Assembly: GCA_964654645.1 (NCBI GenBank)
Contig: CAZZJO010000007.1
Span: 33,706-97,705, forward strand
Direction of reading: 5' to 3'
Length of the DNA stretch: 64,000 nt
Source of the DNA: an uncultured Verrucomicrobiota bacterium
Lineage (GTDB): Bacteria; Verrucomicrobiota; Verrucomicrobiia; Limisphaerales; CAZZJO01
Position numbers and translations under genes: made by a program
Notes under the pieces: model-generated
What the model was told of the DNA's origin: nothing
Database searches by the model: none
Seen by the model: the letters and a program-made list of their open reading frames with translations, nothing else
Shown: positions 61,049-64,000 of the stretch, one piece after another
Position numbering within the stretch: the first letter of the stretch is position 1
How the letters are laid out: every line of letters starts with the position of its first letter

Positions 61049-62323
61049 TTAGTTACCAAACCGGCCTCGGTAAGCCCATAAGCCAAGCGCCGGATTTGAA
61101 ATGTAATAAATCCGTTCACCATCCGGCAGAACATTAAATCCATCTACTAGCTTAGCTGGATTGTACCTTTTTAGCATGGTTTCCAGTTTTGCGTATTGGA
61201 ATCCAACCCCTTCTATTTCCTCCTGCGTAAGGTACCCTGGACAATACGTAATCTTAAACCTACCTTCCGAAGATCCGTGAATAAGGTGCGCAGCTGCGCT
61301 AAGATTTGCCCGTAAATCAGCATTTTCCCTCACGGCTTTTAAGATAGCAGGCGTCCCACGGTAACCATACTTCCGAATTAGCATGTCGATTTCTTTATCT
61401 TCACCAAACTCTTTGATGCCTGGGCCAAGGATTATAAGCTCACCACCATCGGCAATAGCCATACGGGTACGGTAGATTGCCTTATTTCCCAGCCAAGTAC
61501 TCTTGAACTCCGCAGGATCAAGGTAAACAATTACTTTTTCCAGCGGACGGTCCAAAAGCTCAAAATTAACCTTCAACGACAAATCCGCAGCCTTAGTAAA
61601 CACTTGAATGTCATCGCCAATGTATAAGCCCCGGACTTGCAGTTTACCCTCTTTGTCACGCGCAACTACAGTATGAATGTATACAATAGGCAAGTGCCGG
61701 AGAAACGCGTCAGCAGCATAATTCATTACTTGTCGCACAGGATTAATTGCTCGTCCCATGATACGCTCCATCCCATAAGCGGCACCTAGAAAATGACTTT
61801 TATTGATACCCTCTGCACCACCAGTGCCTACAAAGAAATTCTTGTTGTAATTGGCCATCCCTATAACTTCATGAGGAACTACCTGCCCTACCGATATGAT
61901 TAAATCATGCCTCCCATTCCAAATCAGCGTGGAAATCTGTGCAGGCCAACTGAAATCCACCACCCCCTCTGATATTTGCTTTACATAATCGGCTGGCACT
62001 TCTCCAATTGTGGTAATCCCACGACGCCAATCATGCACTCTAAACAGCGATCGAGGTACCCCAGGAAACATTTCATTTATTTGTTCCTCTGTCATCGGTG
62101 TATGGGTTCCCACAGCGGGCAAAATCTCAACCAACCGGTCCCTATAATACTCGTAAATGATTTTTGTTATTAAACCGGCTTGCGAGTGAAACCTAGTGAA
62201 ATCTGGTGGGACAACAATGACACGTCGCCGTGGTCCTAATTTGTCCAAGGCAGAAACTACCGCTGCCCGGATCTGGTCGACTGTCATTGCCGTTTCAGGC
62301 GAACCTTGTTCGAAATACATCAT
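61049..62323 (-). CDS. LarA/DUF2088-like (lactate racemase domain) protein, predicted 2-hydroxyacid/aldonate epimerase
   Basis: The N-terminal PPDFTRFHS (DxTR-type motif) and VGQVVPHEVIGMANYNK resemble the DUF2088/LarA N-domain from memory. ATG 62323/62320 is preferred over the longer ORF starting at 62455. Confidence 0.65.
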   Translation of the reverse strand: MMYFEQGSPETAMTVDQIRAAVVSALDKLGPRRRVIVVPPDFTRFHSQAGLITKIIYEYYRDRLVEILPAVGTHTPMTEEQINEMFPGVPRSLFRVHDWRRGITTIGEVPADYVKQISEGVVDFSWPAQISTLIWNGRHDLIISVGQVVPHEVIGMANYNKNFFVGTGGAEGINKSHFLGAAYGMERIMGRAINPVRQVMNYAADAFLRHLPIVYIHTVVARDKEGKLQVRGLYIGDDIQVFTKAADLSLKVNFELLDRPLEKVIVYLDPAEFKSTWLGNKAIYRTRMAIADGGELIILGPGIKEFGEDKEIDMLIRKYGYRGTPAILKAVRENADLRANLSAAAHLIHGSSEGRFKITYCPGYLTQEEIEGVGFQYAKLETMLKRYNPAKLVDGFNVLPDGERIYYISNPALGLWAYRGRFGN

Positions 62324-62494
62324 ACGGTTCACCTGTTTTGGTACCGTAATAACCACTAATTTGCAAAAATTTTTTTCGAGACACGAACTAAAAAAAGTGA
62401 TAAAAACATACGCCGTGTGGTGTAGCGCCGGCAGAGGCGATGTGCAACACCACACAATGACTTGAAAGTTATCACAAAACTTACGACACGAACT

Positions 62495-63571
62495 ATGAGT
62501 TTGAATATTCGAAAAGAAGGTTCAATTGATTTATTGGCACTAGGTGCATTGGTCCATCGCTTGGACCCAGGCGTTGTCCCATTTAGGAAAGCAACTGAGT
62601 GCAAAATTCACGTTAGCGGAGGCGAGTACAATGTCGCCGCAAACTTAGCTGATTGCTTCCGCATGCGTACCGCAATTGCTACGGCAATGGTGGATTATCC
62701 TATAGGTCACTTAATAGCCGAACGTGTAAGGGCTATGGGTGTCCAAGCGTTTTATAAGTATTTTAAGCATGATGGTGTCCGGGGACCCAACATGGCCACC
62801 GTTTACAGCGATCGTGGTTTTGGTGTACGCCCACCGGTTGTATTTTACAACCGCAGTAACGAAGCCGCGGCCTTGCTTAAACCTGGGGACTTTAATTGGA
62901 AAGAAATTTTTGGGCTCGGGGTCCGGTGGTTTCACAGCGGTGGAATATTTGCTTCCCTGTCCCCAACCACTTCCGAGGTAATCATAGAAGCTATGCAAGC
63001 AGCAAAAGAACATGGGGCGATTGTTTCCTTCGACCTAAACTATCGAGCCAAACTATGGGCTGCAAACGGGGGGCAAGAGCGGGCTCAACAGGTGCTAACC
63101 CGCATAGTACAATATGTGGACGTGTTAGTTGGAAACGAAGAGGATCTACAATTGGGACTGGGTATCCCAGGGCCTTCTGTTGAAGGCAGCTCAAGCTTAG
63201 ACCCAGCAAGATTTATTGCAATGATGGCTGATGTTACAAAGCGATTCCCCAATCTAAAAGTAGTTGCAACAACCTTGCGTGAAGTCCTTTCTGCTAATAG
63301 GCATCGTTGGAGTGCGGTTGCATGGATTGAAGGTCAAACTTATTTAGCCCCAACATGTGAATTAGATGTTTATGATAGAGTCGGTGGGGGAGATGGATTT
63401 GCTGCCGGCTTTTTCTATGGGTTAATGACTGGAGAGCCGCCCCAGGAAGCACTCAATCTCGGATGGGCACACGGCGCACTCCTAACCACGTACCCGGGTG
63501 ATACAACCATGGCTACCCTAGAAGAAGTGCGCGCCTTTGCAAAAGGCCGATCTGCCAGAATCCAAAGGTAA
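62495..63571 (+). CDS. kdgK: PfkB-family sugar kinase (2-dehydro-3-deoxygluconokinase-like)
   Basis: LLALGALVHRLDPG and the C-terminal nucleotide-binding motif DRVGGGDGFAAGFFYG. ATG 62495 is preferred over TTG 62462. Confidence 0.8.
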   Translation: MSLNIRKEGSIDLLALGALVHRLDPGVVPFRKATECKIHVSGGEYNVAANLADCFRMRTAIATAMVDYPIGHLIAERVRAMGVQAFYKYFKHDGVRGPNMATVYSDRGFGVRPPVVFYNRSNEAAALLKPGDFNWKEIFGLGVRWFHSGGIFASLSPTTSEVIIEAMQAAKEHGAIVSFDLNYRAKLWAANGGQERAQQVLTRIVQYVDVLVGNEEDLQLGLGIPGPSVEGSSSLDPARFIAMMADVTKRFPNLKVVATTLREVLSANRHRWSAVAWIEGQTYLAPTCELDVYDRVGGGDGFAAGFFYGLMTGEPPQEALNLGWAHGALLTTYPGDTTMATLEEVRAFAKGRSARIQR

Positions 63572-63592
63572 CCTTCTATAAAAGCTCTTTTG

Positions 63593-63626
63593 CGAGACAA
63601 CGAGCCGGTATACGGCCGTTGTCTCG
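63593..63626. terminator. Bidirectional hairpin terminator between convergent kdgK and nadE
   Basis: Perfect 10-bp arms CGAGACAACG / CGTTGTCTCG enclose a further GCCG/CGGC stem with a GTATA loop. T/A-rich flanks are present on both sides. Confidence 0.65.
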
Positions 63627-63712
63627 TACCTTGTTATGATTAAACCCCACCAAATTAATAAGGTTTAAAGGGCACACCAAAAGTGGTTAATCGGAACTAG
63701 TCCACTCCCTGA

Positions 63713-64000
63713 TCATATATTTAATTTTTGGGAGACTGGGAGATCTGAGGCGAAACCCAACCCATGCCAGGAAACCCGAATCACAGGCGGTCCTTGCTTC
63801 CGTTTAAATGCCGCCCTTATTACACGATTTGTCACATCTAGTACCATCTCACGTTGATAACCTAGCTGGACAATCTCATCTATTGTAAAGCCCTCTTCAA
63901 GCCATAACCGGAGGATCGAATCCAGACTCTCATATGGCGGTAGTGTTTCTTGATCAGTTTGACCAGGTCTCAATTCCGCAGAAGGAGCTTTTGTCAAAAT
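63713..64000 (-). CDS. nadE: NAD+ synthetase, C-terminal fragment (the gene continues beyond the window end)
   Basis: GQTDQETLPPYESLDSIL...AFKRKQGPPVIRVS matches the conserved NadE C-terminus. The reading frame is open to the window edge. Confidence 0.8.
   Translation of the reverse strand: MLTKAPSAELRPGQTDQETLPPYESLDSILRLWLEEGFTIDEIVQLGYQREMVLDVTNRVIRAAFKRKQGPPVIRVSWHGLGFASDLPVSQKLNI

Noticed and set aside
1-64000. CRISPR arrays, tandem repeat arrays, IS elements, prophage or defence islands.
   Set aside because: No regularly spaced direct repeats were seen in any spacer. No transposase, integrase, RT, nuclease-helicase or other defence-type ORFs appear in the six-frame track.

Overview
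This 64-kb chromosomal window is mostly single-copy housekeeping genes. All calls come from reading the supplied ORF translations and the DNA by eye; no searches or computations were run.

What is here: about 46 protein-coding genes, one tRNA-Lys(CUU), four hairpin terminators and a few weak promoter candidates.
- Core metabolism and information processing: hisB, ldh, glnA, an aroQ-accB-accC-prmC-murA string, cimA-valS, suhB-like, rdgB, dnaG, cvpA, ridA, eda, hypD-hypE, an EF-P family gene, rpsA, hom, gcvP and a partial nadE.
- Envelope and secreted functions: an ECF sigma/anti-sigma pair, a 1309-aa multi-PAS hybrid histidine kinase, an FKBP isomerase and a GH3 glycosidase. There are five proteases: S1C, a divergent HtrA-like protein, a 1524-aa S8 subtilase with a P-domain, a rhomboid and S41.
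- Taxonomic guess: an orphan prepilin-type protein, DUF192, a DUF362-like protein, the giant subtilase and low coding density suggest a PVC-type (Verrucomicrobia-like) genome. This is unverified.

What is absent: I saw no CRISPR array, transposase, integrase, phage genes, toxin-antitoxin pair or recognisable defence genes. I could not support any novel multigene system.

Most unusual items:
1. A SelD fused to an N-terminal Cys cluster and a C-terminal AhpD/CMD-like CxxC domain, ending in vicinal Cys-Cys.
2. An insertion of roughly 145 extra residues in the ValRS catalytic core.
3. An EF-P family protein lacking the canonical KPGKG loop.
4. A LarA/DUF2088-like gene, an SDR and kdgK in a divergent cluster with a repeat-rich control region.
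5. Several unusually long ORF-free spacers, the largest about 1 kb downstream of gcvP.
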